Assembly (NCBI RefSeq): GCF_006345805.1 | Contig: NC_043003.1 | Location: 75,826,001-75,890,000, forward strand | Origin: Octopus sinensis | Lineage: Eukaryota | Direction: 5' to 3' | DNA: 64,000 bases | In this document: positions 11,076 to 25,168 of the stretch, in pieces | Layout: the number at the start of each line of letters is the position of its first letter | How positions within the stretch are numbered: the first letter of the stretch is position 1 | The notes under the pieces: model-generated | The model's database searches: none | The model's input: only the letters and a program-made list of their open reading frames with translations | Told to the model about the DNA's origin: nothing | Position numbers and translations under genes: made by a program

Positions 11076-13742
11076 ACTTTGTGTCTATATTAGAAAGTAT
11101 TGTTATTTCACTATTCATAGATCCTAAATCGTATAGGTAATTGCATCAAAAATAGAGGCCTAAGCATTCAGCAACTTCCAAATGGACACTTAAATAGACA
11201 ATGCAGAATAACTTGGGAAGCGTCTATTCCTGTGGAAGGGCATTGATGTTTGCAGTATCTCTATTACTCTCCTCATTAAAACGTAACTTAATATAAATGC
11301 AACGATCACATCGAATCCCCACTTGTTCTTCCCCAATGTTCAATCATTATAATGGTTTCCAACTGTGTTATATCCGAGCAAATAGCAAGGATTATTATGA
11401 ACAAAACCACCATTAGCTTGATATCGAACTGATACTTCCTCGTCGTTGTTCCTATTTAGGCTAGATATTTAGAAATAGATTTCTATTGATTAGATATTGC
11501 TGTTTTAGTGCGGCAACATAGCAAGAGACAAACATCATTTATCCGTACACATTGCATTGTAACAAAAGTCCGGTTTTTATGATGGCGCCATCAGTTTCAA
11601 TCCTTCAGAGTAATATAACCTTTGTATGGCATACAAACAGTGCAGAGGATATGAAGAGAAAGAAAAAAAGTATTAATGTTGCGAAGTGCAATGCGAAGAG
11701 AAACATATTATATTTGCGGAGGCGACGCTAATAAATTGTCATGGAACATTTACAGTACCCATAAATGGTTTATGGTTCCCGTTAGAATGAAATTGTTTGT
11801 TCAAACACACTCTTGAATATATACATATATGTATATATGCGCAAATATACTGCACTTAGCCATGGGCGTATGAGAGAGTGTGTATGTGTGTGAGTATGTG
11901 ACGTGAGCATAATATCACTTATATACGCCCCTGACATACGTATAGTACATCTTCTCCACAAAAACCCTAAGATTCGAAAGTATTAACCTGTTTATAAAAG
12001 ATAAATTTAAATGAATACGAGAGTCTTACAGCGCGTGGGATTGATCACGCTTCTCTAGTTTTTCTTCTTTCTGTTTCTCAATATTTGCAAGGGAGAACCT
12101 ACTCACAAATGTTTGTCTAATTGAAACCAATCTATTTGAAATTAATTTCAACCCGACCCTCTCTGCTCACGTCATTGGGCAATCTTCTGTAGATGATATA
12201 TCCGTATCTATAAAAGTGTGAATTCTTTGTCGATAATGACAACAAAGTGTTTAGGTTAAAAAAAACTACACCCATCTATTGAAATATATTGTACTCACAC
12301 GTATAAATCACCATGTGATTACTACAATATCATATTTAATTGTTGGGAATAGCATAAACACAGTCATAAAAACAAAGACATTTAACAGGGAGATGATGAA
12401 TCTGTAATTTACGACTACCCTCTGGAGCTGATAACAACGCTACATGATAACAACGCTACATTCGACTATATCTGGAGTTGATAATTCCCAAATTAGACAG
12501 TAGTTTTACACACAAAAATTTTGAAAATGTATAAGTTAGACCAAAGTTTCTCAACCCATTTTGACCAAACGTCCTTTTGAGCCTTGGAGTCAGAAATGCC
12601 CCCCCCCCCTTAGAAAATATTTATATTTTTTTAATATACTATTTATTTTGATATCGGCAGATGATGATTAAAAAATAAAGGACGTCGCTTAACATATGCG
12701 CTTACTCGCAGTTGGGGGTACAGATGTGCAAATTGAAAGGCCAAAAAAAAAACGAAATAGCGAATTTAAAGTTTGGTAATTGCATTTATTTACACCACGC
12801 GACACTTACAAGATCAACGTGTTGTCTGTCGAAAGAGTGCTTGTTGAGCAAGTAAATGCCAATGAAATCAATTCAAACCTATTCGATTTCCCTTATCAAT
12901 ACAGCTAGAACTTGTGCAACAATCTGACATATATCATTGTCACCCAAGAAGATGATATTTTATGCTCAAGAGAGTGTATTTGATAGAAATTGTTGAAATA
13001 AATATGTACATTATATGAGTAGCAAATTGTGGAGGATGCTATGCACGGTACTTGTATCTATTTAGTTTGAGTCACAAAATCAGCCCTCTTTTAAAATGAC
13101 GTAAAAAACCTGAAAATTTGTTATATTAAACATTCATTTCTAATTCAGAATCTAGCTTCTTTCATTCACAAAATCTGAAGTTTCAAAAGGAAGTAAAATA
13201 TCTGAAAATTGGTTATCTTGATGCAGTTTACCGCGCTTATTCCTATGAAGCCATGAAATTCTGGAGAAAAAATTTGCCAAACACAATTCTTTTCTCTTCA
13301 AAAATTTCAAATAATTTTTTAAAATACCTCACAATCAAATTTGCGTAAATGTGTGTGCCTGAAACAGTAGTTAAAAATTAAGGAATTTGATTGTTAGGGG
13401 ATCTCTTATGACTGAATTTTATTTCATTATTCTAATATCTTCTGAAACTTATACATATACATGTATAAATGCATACAGAAACATACAAATATATTCACAG
13501 ATACATTTTTACAGAGTTAGTTTTATATACATCCTTGTATATATACATAAGTATTTTGGCATATCTACATAATTATGCCCCAGAGATTTGCTTCCTCATA
13601 ACCTTGAGAAAATTAAATATTTATTTTTTAGAAATATGCTTCAGATCATGTCGATTCCGAATAAACGAATAAATTGGAATTTATTGTAAAAACCGTTTGT
13701 CTCTAAAGGAGATTTAGAAAATTCACACCATTGGGCTTTATG

Positions 13743-13790
<48 letters not shown>

Positions 13791-14238
13791 TATATACGTG
13801 GGTGTGTACGTATTGTATTAATCATATCAGTATAAAGGCACATACATAAAAAAACTAGCACACCGACGGTTACGACAATCACATGTATCCAAATCTTCTT
13901 CACCACTCTTCCAACTTCATTTTCCCACTTAAAAAGAAGGCTATCGACAACTTGACCAAAAAGTTGTACCTCTGCACGGCTGCCTGCCTGCTGATATTCC
14001 TGATGGACATGCATGTCACTGGCATTTCACATATGAAGTCCAGGATAATATGAAAAAGTCTGTTTTAGCATGTGCTTACATATTTTTAAGCGCTTAAAAA
14101 ATATGTAATCAAATATGTGATTTGAAGAAATAATATGTGATATGTAAATTAATATATATATTTTTCATATACAACCATCCAGCATTCTGAACGTCTTTTT
14201 CTTTCATATGTATTAAATCTGTACATCAACCCCAACAC

Positions 14239-14272
<34 letters not shown>

Positions 14273-15250
14273 CGTGTGTGTGTTTGCTAGTGTCTGCTTT
14301 AGCTTTAGGTTTTATTTACTTATATACATCAACAAATGACCTAATGAGGTACTCTCTGTGTGGTTGTTCAATTTGTTAGAAAGAACAGCCAAATCTCCCT
14401 CATATTATGTTCTTGTTAGTATAAAGGAAAGGGTAAATTTTTACTACTCTCCACCATTACAATTAAAATTAATATTTTTGATTTTGTTCGGCTCCATGAA
14501 TTATTTTTTTGTAATGCTTCTGTCCATTGCTTGATACAGAAAAGTGAAAATCCTGACCAAGACAGAGAAATTCTAACTTTAAAACAAAGTATAGAAAGAG
14601 AAAGAAAAGTTACTGTTTTCCAAAGCTAAAAGGTATGTTTTTAGCTAGGGTATAATTTTATAATTAAAATAAATTCAAAATTTAAATTTCAGAACAATAA
14701 GATTTACTATGTTATCTGGTGAAAAGCCGCAGTTCAAATGAGTACAAAGCCTAAAACAAATGTGTGGGGAGAGTCTTTAATAGGCAGAGGTCAATTTAAG
14801 TTCAGTCACAGAATGGAATTCAAAGCGGCAACACACGACATCATATACATACAAACATACCCATACATACACAAATACCTACCTATCAGCCACTGTCAAG
14901 TGCCAATTTGATACAAAATTTTGACCACCATTCTTAATATATTTACTCACACACACACGCACGCACACACATACACATACACACACGCACGCACACATAT
15001 ACATACACACACATACACATTCAGCTTTTCGCTTTTATTCATTACTTTTTCTACTTTTAATCGTCTGTCACTATTCATCTAGTTCTAGGTTTTGATTTTT
15101 GGGTTTCCCTTTAGCGACACCAGTTACACATGTGAAAATATATACTCGGCAATTTCAAATTAAACTCGTCCTTAGTAGGTGTGTTTGTTTCATTTGAAGT
15201 CACCGAGGAAAAACTATTTGACTTTGAGGTGAATGATGGCGCGGATCTTT

Positions 15251-16219
15251 TCCTTTTGATGGATGGAATTTTCTAGTTAACTAAACAATTTGAAACAATT
15301 GAAATAATGTCAAAAGAAAACATTATTGTTAACAAAATTAAAATCAAAATTGTAATTTCTAATTTTAACGTACTTTAATGATTCGAATTTTAACCAATGA
15401 AATCCTAGCATTTGAGCTCAAGCCATTTGCTGCGTCTAAAAACTCACACACACACGTCTTATTCATCCTTGTCTTTTCTGTCTTCTGCATGTGCTGGAAA
15501 TAACAGCTATATCTCTTAAATCGATGAATTTCGTCGCCCAATAAAAATATTAACGATATTTTTTGAATATTTTCTTTATTTTTTTTTTTTACCGAAAAGG
15601 CTTCTCCTATGGTTTTGAAGGGCCAGAAACAACAAAAACAAAACAATAATATGCCTAAAGCGGTCTAGAGTTTGCGCGTAGAGTGTGAGTCGTAATGTAA
15701 AAAATTGCGAAATATTTTTTTCAGAAAAAGATGCCCCAGCTTGTCGGAAGCTGTGATATAAATTGGGAAAAAAATCCTCGACACCAGTGCGTAATTGGTA
15801 CTTAATTTATCGACCCCGAAACGATGAAACACTGACCCCCCTTCTGGTTTATTTACTATGTGCTTAATTAATTACTATGTGCTTGTGCAAATGTATATGC
15901 ATGTGTTTGAGAGAGAGAGAGAGAGAGAATATGTGTGTGTATCTGAATGTGTGTGTGTGTGTGTGTATGCGGCATGCGTCTGCTATGTTTCTTTATCGAT
16001 ATCGATAATGCAGCAAATGATTTGAGCTCAAATGCTCGGATTTCATTGGTTAAAATTCGATGATGCTGGGATTTCATTGGTTAAAATTCGAATCATTAAA
16101 CTACGTTAAACTTAGAAATTACAATTTTGTTTACAATAATGTTTTCTTTTGACACATTCTACCAGTATACGAAGTTTCAAATTGTTTAGTTAACTAGAAA
16201 ATTCCGTCCATCAAAAGGA
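15251..16219. mobile_element. Foldback/MITE-like element with ~185-210 bp inverted arms
   Basis: 15251-15433 is the reverse complement of 16010-16219, apart from indels and a short duplication in the right arm. The interior holds a SINE fragment and microsatellites. Confidence 0.75.
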
Positions 16220-17089
16220 TGGCGCTATTTGTAAGCATGATTCGCACATTTTAAAAGCCTCCATGTTTCAAATTTTTGTGATGTAGGGTTAAAAAGGATT
16301 ACTTGTCCATGAAGCTTATCGATCATTTCCCTCTCGGTAAAGTGCCTAGTTCACAAGTTTACCTGCCAAGTTGGTAGAGCTCAGATCTTTTGAAGCCACT
16401 GCCTTTTATACTGTAATCCTAAAATTTACATTTTAATTTTCAAATGCATTCTATATTTTTCGAGCTACTTTCATATTTGCTTTTAATAGAGGATGCATGA
16501 TGATCTTACATTGATTTGTACTGTTTGATTTCTCTAGAAATTGTCTATGATTCTATCATGTCGAGTTCTATAAAACCGAATTCTATCACATAAACCATTC
16601 CATCTATTTACATGATGTTTCTTATGAACAAGTATTAGTATTTCTTTATGAAGATGTGTCTGGCGTTGTATGGCTGTACGATATATCTTTCATGGTTTTC
16701 GGCGCTATAATCTATCTGTAAGTAACTGCTTATCCACTAGAATTATAATATACGTTGCTAAATTAAATTTTACGTAGAGTGAAAAGAGATACGTAAACCA
16801 CATATTGTAGAAACGCTTTATCATTCTTTGCAGTGGGTAGAATAAAGTGAGTGCATGTAATTTTCTTTGGAGGTTCCACTATCAACTAAGGCTATATTGT
16901 ATTAGGGGGCAGCCCAATCAAATAATAACTTTTCCAGGATAGACACTCGATCCCCTCGATGATTTTGAATATGAGGTACATCCACAATGATGTTTTATAT
17001 GAGGTACATCCACAATTTTCTTACAGAAAATTATCTTATAGAACGTTATCTTATGGAAAGTTAACTTAAAACTTACTATTAAAGACAGC

Positions 17090-17460
17090 TTAACGCAGAG
17101 GAAATGAACGCTTTAAGCGCTGATAGAAATGATAATGAAATTAAAAATAAATTTATAAATTCTGAAAGTACTCACAGATCTAAGAAGGATGAAATGAATA
17201 ACATAACAAATCCCAAATAGGTACCCGTCGTCAGCTCCACTAATAATGATAACAATAATATTGCTAATTATAATAATATAGATATAATAGTTAACGTGAA
17301 GAATGTAACTACCAGTGATAGATATAACCTCAATATTATTAATAATGAAAACTATTGCCCAAATAATAGCAATAGGCCAGAGAACAGTAATCCTAATCAG
17401 GCGAATCAAGGAAACGATACTATATGGTTAATATTACCATATGCTATAAATCAAAAGTAA
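17090..17460 (+). pseudogene. Probable PLE RT-endonuclease linker fragment (Asn-rich)
   Basis: One long frame with a single stop ends in NDTIWLILPY, which resembles the PLE IWFNPPY linker motif. Confidence 0.4.
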
Positions 17461-17506
17461 CTTAGTAAAAACAATATTTATTTTTATTTTCACTTTCCCC
17501 GACGTA

Positions 17507-17886
17507 CACTACCGTCAGAAATTAATTAGCACCCTTGATTTGCTCTTCACTCAAGGTATGTGCTGTCACCTAGTGGCCATATCTCGAACTATTGCTTTGT
17601 TGCGAGTTCACTGTTGCGCAGAACGATGACGTAACTTTGTTTGCAGAGCAGTTTGAGAGTCTACAGCCTTATGATGTTGACATAGCAGTGCAACAACAAC
17701 TTGGAGTGCGGATGCAGACAAATCTTTCTTTGTTTAATAGATATAGGTAGCGCCTCGCAAGGACCGAAATCACACCATACTAAGTTTTCTCATCGCGTAA
17801 GACGTTTTGAACAGCTCATAGGTTAATTGATTTAACCTATTTAATGTAGAAATTTGAGAAGTGCTAATTAATTTCTGACGCAAGTG
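17507..17886. mobile_element. Tc1/mariner-type non-autonomous element (MITE), 380 bp
   Basis: TIRs CACTACCGTCAGAAATTAATTAGCAC and GTGCTAATTAATTTCTGACGCAAGTG, each flanked by TA. Confidence 0.85.
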
Positions 17887-19843
17887 TACATATGTTTTAG
17901 CATTTCCTAGCCGTGGGACGATCGTGTTACATTTGATGAAATGTAGAAATTAAATGATAAACTATTAGTTTTGTTTGGAACCTTTCACCATTGCTAAATT
18001 AATTAATGTTAGAAGTGGAATTATGTCTTAATACAAGAATGTAAATACAGAAGACAGAAATCAACAACGTTGTTTCGATCATAATTCAGCATATTAACAA
18101 TAATTTATACAATTATTTACTGTCTTTGAAATATAGAGAATCAAGCGGGAACAGAAATATATTTCCCACAATTCGAAACACTACTTACTATCACATAGCA
18201 GACCACTTGTCAACTTAAATAAATAGCAGAACAAGAGGTTTCTTAGTATAATAATCACACGTAATTGTAATGTAAATAGATTAAATCGCATTTTATATTA
18301 TTTGAACAAATAATTGTATTTGAAATGTGTTAGCTAATCCTAAATCTATTTTTGATATTGCTTCACACATGTAAATGATGCACATTCACACAGCTAGAAA
18401 TGTCTGCTTTATATGTGTTTTTTTAAAATTAATTCTTTATTTCTTTGTTATTTCACCTTTACTTGTGTCATTCCCTCCTTTTCATTTACCTTTTCCGTGC
18501 TACTCTCTTCGCCATGCACTCTTATGTGTACATCCATCCACACATACATATATACATACATACATAAACACACCCTTACCCATGTATACATACATATGTT
18601 TGCGTGTGTTGCGTATGTGTATTTATATTTTAGTGTGTGTGGGTATGTATGTAAACTTGAACGTATATGCGTGCACGTGGCTGTGTGTTTATATGTACAG
18701 AAGATTATCCGTGTATAGAATTAATAATGAGAAAATGAAAGTTTGTAATGTCTATCGTTTTGCATGGTAGAGCACTACATTTAGATTTGGACGACTCGAT
18801 GTCTGCAGATGTAAGAAATGCGAAGACAATTATCTGATGAATTCTTCCAAATACAATCGACAGAAATTTATAATGGTCGAACAAATGCAATATAGCCATG
18901 CAAGTGAACAATTTGTCAAGATGGCGTCCGTGTAAATTTTGGTTTTCTATTTCTGTCTGCCTAACGAAATATTTATTGCCAACGAATAACAGAGTTTGGA
19001 GATGGCTTCGTCAAATTAAAGACTAGCACCATAAAAATAGAAACAACTATCGATCTTAATAAATTGATAATTCACAATTCCTTCTAATGGTAAAAAAAAA
19101 AAGTAAGAATTATAATGAAAACAAATATTATCAAGCTGTGTTACTGATTGCTCCGAACTGACGTTACAAATATCTGGCATCATTCATTCTTCGTCATCTG
19201 AGTTAATATTTTTCTTTCTTTTAGTTTCCGTTTCTCTTTAGTTTGAGAATCCGTATTGATGTTAGCCGCTGAAAATAGAGTACTTGTTGATGTCAAGTCG
19301 ACAGATATTTATCAAATTGTTTTACCGTATTAATATATTGATTTTACATTGTGCATATATTTTGAGGTACATGCATATTTATGGTTCACCATTCAAAGCG
19401 TAAGGTTTTCAACACTGTTTGTTGCCTCGATCTTTCAGAGAAGTGTTTGAGTCGAGTGTATTATACGATAGACTAGAATAGATCGATGCCTTATGGGTGA
19501 ATTTTCTTCTGCAAAAACTGTGGAAATTTTTTGAAGAAGTTATTCCTGCTTTTTTCTGAGGTAGATTTTATCCGTTTCGGGAGTTAACACTGCTAAAGAA
19601 AAACAAACACAATATCACAACGCTCAGTTTTAAAAATAAATGTTTGCATCAAAATAATTGTATAACAACAGCGATGTTCAAATCTTTCGAAATAAACGGG
19701 AAACTGAAGAATATCGTATATATACACATGTATGTATATATATATATGTATTTATGCATGTATATACACATAGGTATTCATGTAAGTGCGTGTGTGTCTG
19801 TGCGCGCGCGCGTGTATGTGTGTATGTGTATATGTATATAACT

Positions 19844-19985
19844 GGCACTCCGTCGGTTACGACAACGAGGGTTCAGCTTGATCCAATCAACAGGACAGCT
19901 TACTCGTGAAATTAACGTGGAAGTGGCTCAGCAGTACACAGACCCACGTACTGTTAACATAGTTCTCAGAGAGATTCAGTGTGAC
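19844..19985 (+). mobile_element. SINE-associated repeat segment
   Basis: TGGCACTCCGTCGGTTACGAC..GAGGGTT...CTCGTGAAATTAACGTG.AAGTGGCT is recalled as a common octopus SINE body. It is flanked by microsatellites. Confidence 0.5.
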
Positions 19986-20499
19986 TCACATACTCATACA
20001 CACATACTCATATAATCACATACTCATACATATATACATATATATACATGCATACATGTACACATGCATACACACATACACGCACATACACACGAATATG
20101 TACACGTGCACGCATTATTATGCTCATATACAGATCTCTACACGCAGACACATACACATATACATGCATAAAAGTATATATATATACACAAATATGAAAA
20201 TACATACACAGCTACGTATATATGTATGTATAACTTCATCTTCACATAGAGAAATGTTTACATTTATCTTAGAACTCACATAAATAAAAATACTCGTATA
20301 GACATGTCCATGACAGTCACTCTGAAGCAAGCGGATACAGTCTTACACTCGTATACATACATACATCCGTACACATAAGCACGTGCACATGCACACACAT
20401 ACAAGATATATGCTTATACAAACAAATACATAAACAAATATATAAAAATATTTAAGAAATGCTAAGCCACATGAAAGGCCAGTACATGGACACAAAATA

Positions 20500-21560
20500 A
20501 ATAGCAGGTTCTATCTGTGATCTTGTGGGACCCAAAAAGGTAAGACGTATTTTGTCAAACATGGACATGAACCAAAAAGTTCAGTTCTTGAATTTAGATA
20601 TGTAGTGCGGTCTAAAGAACTGAACCATCTTTCCATATTGCAAAGGCCTCACTTTCCACTGCCGTTGATGTAAGGTTTATACTTGGCCAAGATCTTCCAG
20701 TAAATATTATACCCGGCACCTTGTTATTTTAGGGACCATATATAACTGGTTGTCAATTTCCATGATGTATCTCTAGATTTAAATAAAGATATTTACAAAC
20801 CCTATAAAAAGCCCAACGATAAACTTGCTTATATTAATGCAGGTTCCTGCCACCCCACCAAATAGTGTTTAAGAATGTAGTTAAAAATATTAGAAGGAGA
20901 ATCTCCAACCTCTCCTCCGATATAAACATATTTAATAATGCTACCGTAATATATAATAAAGCTCTAAAGATAGTGGTTTTAGGGAAGAAATAACTTATAC
21001 ACCTGTCATTAGTTTAGAAATAAAGGAAAGAAAACATAAGACTAGGAAAAGTATCTGGTTCACAGCTCCTTACTCCCCCTAAGTTACCTTTAATATAGGT
21101 TGATATTTCTTATCACATATAGATGTGCATTTTCCAATCAATAATAACTACAAGTAGCTCTTTAACAGACATAACCTAAAATTTGGTTTTAGTTCAACGA
21201 CAAATATTAAAAATATGATTACACACAATACACAAAAACAACAACATGAAGCCGGCTGTTCTTGCAGAGATAAAGACATGTGCCCACTAAATGGAGCTTG
21301 TATGACCGAGACCATCATTTATGAAACCACCGTAGAATCTACGACCGCTAAGGACACAGTTACGTCAGTGGGTCTCACAGAAGGAAATTTAAAAGCCAGG
21401 CTCAATAACAACACCTTACGCATCAGACAGTGGTATAAACGAATAACGACCAAATTATCTAGTTATATATGTTCCTTAAAAGAACAAGGTGTCAGCTATA
21501 AAATTCACTGAAAGATTTTGGCCAAGTGTTAACTTACAGCCACGGAAGTGGAAAGTGCAG
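20500..21560 (+). mobile_element. Penelope-like element remnant: RT C-half and GIY-YIG
   Basis: GSICDLVG, then VNFHDVSLDLNKDIYKPYKKPNDKLAYINAGSCHP, then CSCRDKDMCPLNGAC...VGLTEGNLKARL...TKLSSYICSLKEQG. It is homologous to the 30-1400 element. Confidence 0.85.
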
Positions 21561-21699
21561 CATCAATTACAACTTTTATACTGTAATGTACATATGCAAC
21601 CAATTATGAGTAAGACCAACGTCGAAAATTAACTTACATTTCCTTGATTATTTCAGAGTTTTATAGAAAAAGATGTTGTAGATTCAGTTAATAAACTGT

Positions 21700-21965
21700 A
21701 AAATACCTAAAACAAGGGAGTTGGGTAATTGTGTCAAATCAATGCTCATCATTAAGGCGGAATGTCTCAAAGGGAAATTGCCCAGAAGATGAAATATTCT
21801 CAATGTGTGATGCAAACGACTCTTAAGCGCTTCAGAGAGTCAAAAGATGTGAACACAATACAAAGAACAGGTAGAAAAAAGGGCACACCACCTCGTAATG
21901 ATAAATCCATCACCCGTCAGTCGCTCGGAAACAGGAGAAAAACATCGTCGGAGCTCAGGAAGTAA
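21700..21965 (+). pseudogene. Tc1-like transposase N-terminal (paired-like HTH) fragment
   Basis: PKTRELG...MSQREIAQKMKYSQCVMQTTLKRFRESKDVNTIQRTGRKKGTPPRNDKSITRQSLGNRRKTSSEL matches the Tc1 DNA-binding region with a GRP-like motif. Confidence 0.8.
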
Positions 21966-23977
21966 GTGCAAAATATAACTAAGTTATTCGATTCTCGGCT
22001 AAAGAAAGTACTTGTTGGTAACGGCAGTTATTCGTTTCATATAATTTAATGAAAGAACTATACACTGTTGGCCTTCATGCAAATGTTTCTCTTTTGAAAA
22101 TTACATTTCGTAAATTGATCTTAGCCTAAAATGTGTTACTCTTATTTATTTTATTTTTGTTTGTCATTGATATTTCAGAATCCTTGAGTTTTAAGAATTT
22201 CACCTTCAAATATTCGCAATAAAATTGCAAAAAATTATCAGTTGAGTATGCATTAGAGAATCATATGATATTAAAGTTATGCAAATTCCATTTCAATATG
22301 CGTATTTAAAGATTTCATTGCAAGGTGGCAAATATATGATTCGTCTTCAATATCTAGAGTTTATCCACACGTTTGGTATTTATAAAGAAAAGGATCATTT
22401 CTATATTTCGTTTATCAAATTATCCTGCCATAAAATATAATGGTGTCTTATGGCACTTGCCAATAAACAAGTCCATGTTATCAAATAAATTACATTTTTT
22501 ATAATCAACATTCTTAAGATATTAAGTAATTTTACAAGTTATATCTAACATGTGAATAATTGTACATATCGAAAAGAATATTTCATATAAAGCTGAAAAT
22601 AACAGCATGGAGATATTGGTGGAAAACCCTTTATGGAAAGCAGCTTTCAAATATTTCTATCCAAAATGTGTTTTTGCATCCAAATTCCGCAAACTCTTAT
22701 TTATAGTTGTATACATATTACAAGGTCCAGTTCTAAAAGAGTATTATATCCAAACTTCAGTGTTTGCATGTGTGTGCGGGCACGTGTATGGGCATGTGTG
22801 TGTGTGGTTATGAATAAATGCATATAGGTAAAAGAAATCGTTGACGGATTTACAGTAAGAATTTTCAGCGAATATTTCGCTCAAAATACTCGGTATTTTT
22901 GTCCTCATCGAAAAGAAATGGCTTGGAGCTTTCTAAATTACATTTCTCAACAAACCTTGCCTAAAATATCATTTAGTTTCGGCGACACAAATAGTAAATA
23001 ATATTTACGAGAATACAACTGCAGTATATTCGGAAGCATTATTGATTAGTAATTGGATGGTTGAGGTTACGTACGACTCTATTATCATATGTAAGGCAAT
23101 ATATTATTCATGACTGTAGGGTATAAAATAAGTGAGCGATTGTTGCTATATCGAGAAGAGGAAATATAAAAGGATAACCTTTAAAATTGTATTTCCTTCT
23201 AATCTTTGCTTTACTTTCGCTTAGGTCCACCATATATATATATATATATATATATATATGGATTTTACGTACGGTAATATACAAATATATAGCACAGGAC
23301 AAATAACATTTGGCATTATCCGAGAAACGATGTTTATAAGCATATTGATATAAATAAGAATTACAGATATTCAGGGCATGGCAGAAAATTTTGTCTACAC
23401 AAAAGGGAATAAAGCATATATGCATATACGCATTCCCGCGCGCACAAGCAACGACATGCACATGTATATGTACACACACACATACACACACGCACACACA
23501 AACATATATATATATATATTTAAAAATTGTTGCTGAGTGCATAATAGTAAAATTCGGATAAAAGATATGCAAAATAGAACACCCTAAATCAAATTGTCTA
23601 CAAATTAAACGATTAAAATAGGTTTATAAAATGCAATAAAATAAAATAACATAAAAGCAGAATCTTAAACAATAAAATAATATTTGTATATATATCTAAA
23701 TATATACAATAACTTTGCGATGCGGAATAAATTATGCATAGTAAGAAACAAATCCAACAGTGTGGTTAGAAACTAGTCCAAGATTAAAAAATATACGGTA
23801 TCCATGTGGTATATTGCTAGCCGACATTTTAAATTTTAAAATCGTAGGTAATCGTTTTGTTTTGCATGTTTTTCACTTGCCTCCCTAATTTTTTACATTT
23901 TGGCGTTTGCTGGGTTTTTTTTTTTTTACGAGAACACACTATTTGTGGTAAGGCGATTTGACGTATATATATATATA

Positions 23978-24080
<103 letters not shown>

Positions 24081-25135
24081 GTAGTATGTATGTATGTAAG
24101 TAAGTATATACATATATATACACATATGTATATAAATCTGACCTTCTACAAAGTAGAGTGGTAATCTATACCAAAAGAGATGCTGAGGCATAAATATATG
24201 AAAATACATACATATATACATACATGCATGCATAGATATATATATATATATATATATATGGGATTTTTTTACGTAATAAAATTTTAAAAAACAAGGGTAT
24301 TTAGATTTTAGAGCATTTATAGATAGAAGGTCTTACAGCTGTTTCTAGGATATTAAATAATAATTTGAAAACGTTAGTGTATAACATCGCATGCATCAGT
24401 GTGGATATAGAATTATGTGTTGCATTGTTGAATCCTCTCCCCACTCTATCGCACTTCTCTCTCAAGCATTCTTAAATTTTCATTTCTGCTGTAATGACCA
24501 TATAGTACTCAATATGCATTCTAGAGTATACAAGGGTTAGTCAGTTTTTTCATGTAATGTTCCTGGTAATACAGAGAAATTGATTTACTTTATTGTGTTG
24601 CGATACAAGGCCAACCGGTATACAGAATAATAACCTTCGACAATTGAAGTAAGTATATATGATAAAAAGCTGGTTACGTTTTCTGGTTTCTTTTGATTCT
24701 TTATTGTGGCTTCGATTGTGCACACTAGAATGCCTGGATGATTATTGTAAACAGAGTTGAGCATACAAGTGTGGTGTGCAATAGAAATGTCGTTCACAAG
24801 AATTTTGATAGCATGTCTAGCAAATTGCGGAGCACCTTTTACAGTATGTACGTATGTACGTGTGACTGTTTGAGTGTATGTGTACGTGCGTGCATGAGTG
24901 TGTGTGTATATATGCATATAAACATGTACGTATAGATGTATAAATATATATGTGTATACATATATGTAAATATATGTGTAAGTAATGTACAAATATATAG
25001 ATACGCATGCATATAAATATGCATATATGTATGTATATTCATATAATTAGAAGGAAAATAAGACAAGGTAGAAGAGGAAGCACATTTTAGTACCGGTTTC
25101 CGACTCATACATACATACATACATACATACATACA

Positions 25136-25168
<33 letters not shown>

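Noticed and set aside
12420-12485. Tandem duplication of GATAACAACGCTACAT, and a similar 19-bp duplication at 16965-17010
   Set aside because: Only two units each, consistent with ordinary slippage. There is no array or spacer structure, so this is not CRISPR-like.
16365-16385. AGTTGGTAGAGC tRNA A-box-like motif
   Set aside because: No B-box or cloverleaf follows.
18830-18885. CTGATGA...GAAAT arrangement
   Set aside because: No helix II pairing and an impossible helix III.
18765-18935. ~54-codon open frame (STTFRFGRLDVCRCKKCEDNY...)
   Set aside because: No recognisable homology or convincing splice sites, and the length is within chance.
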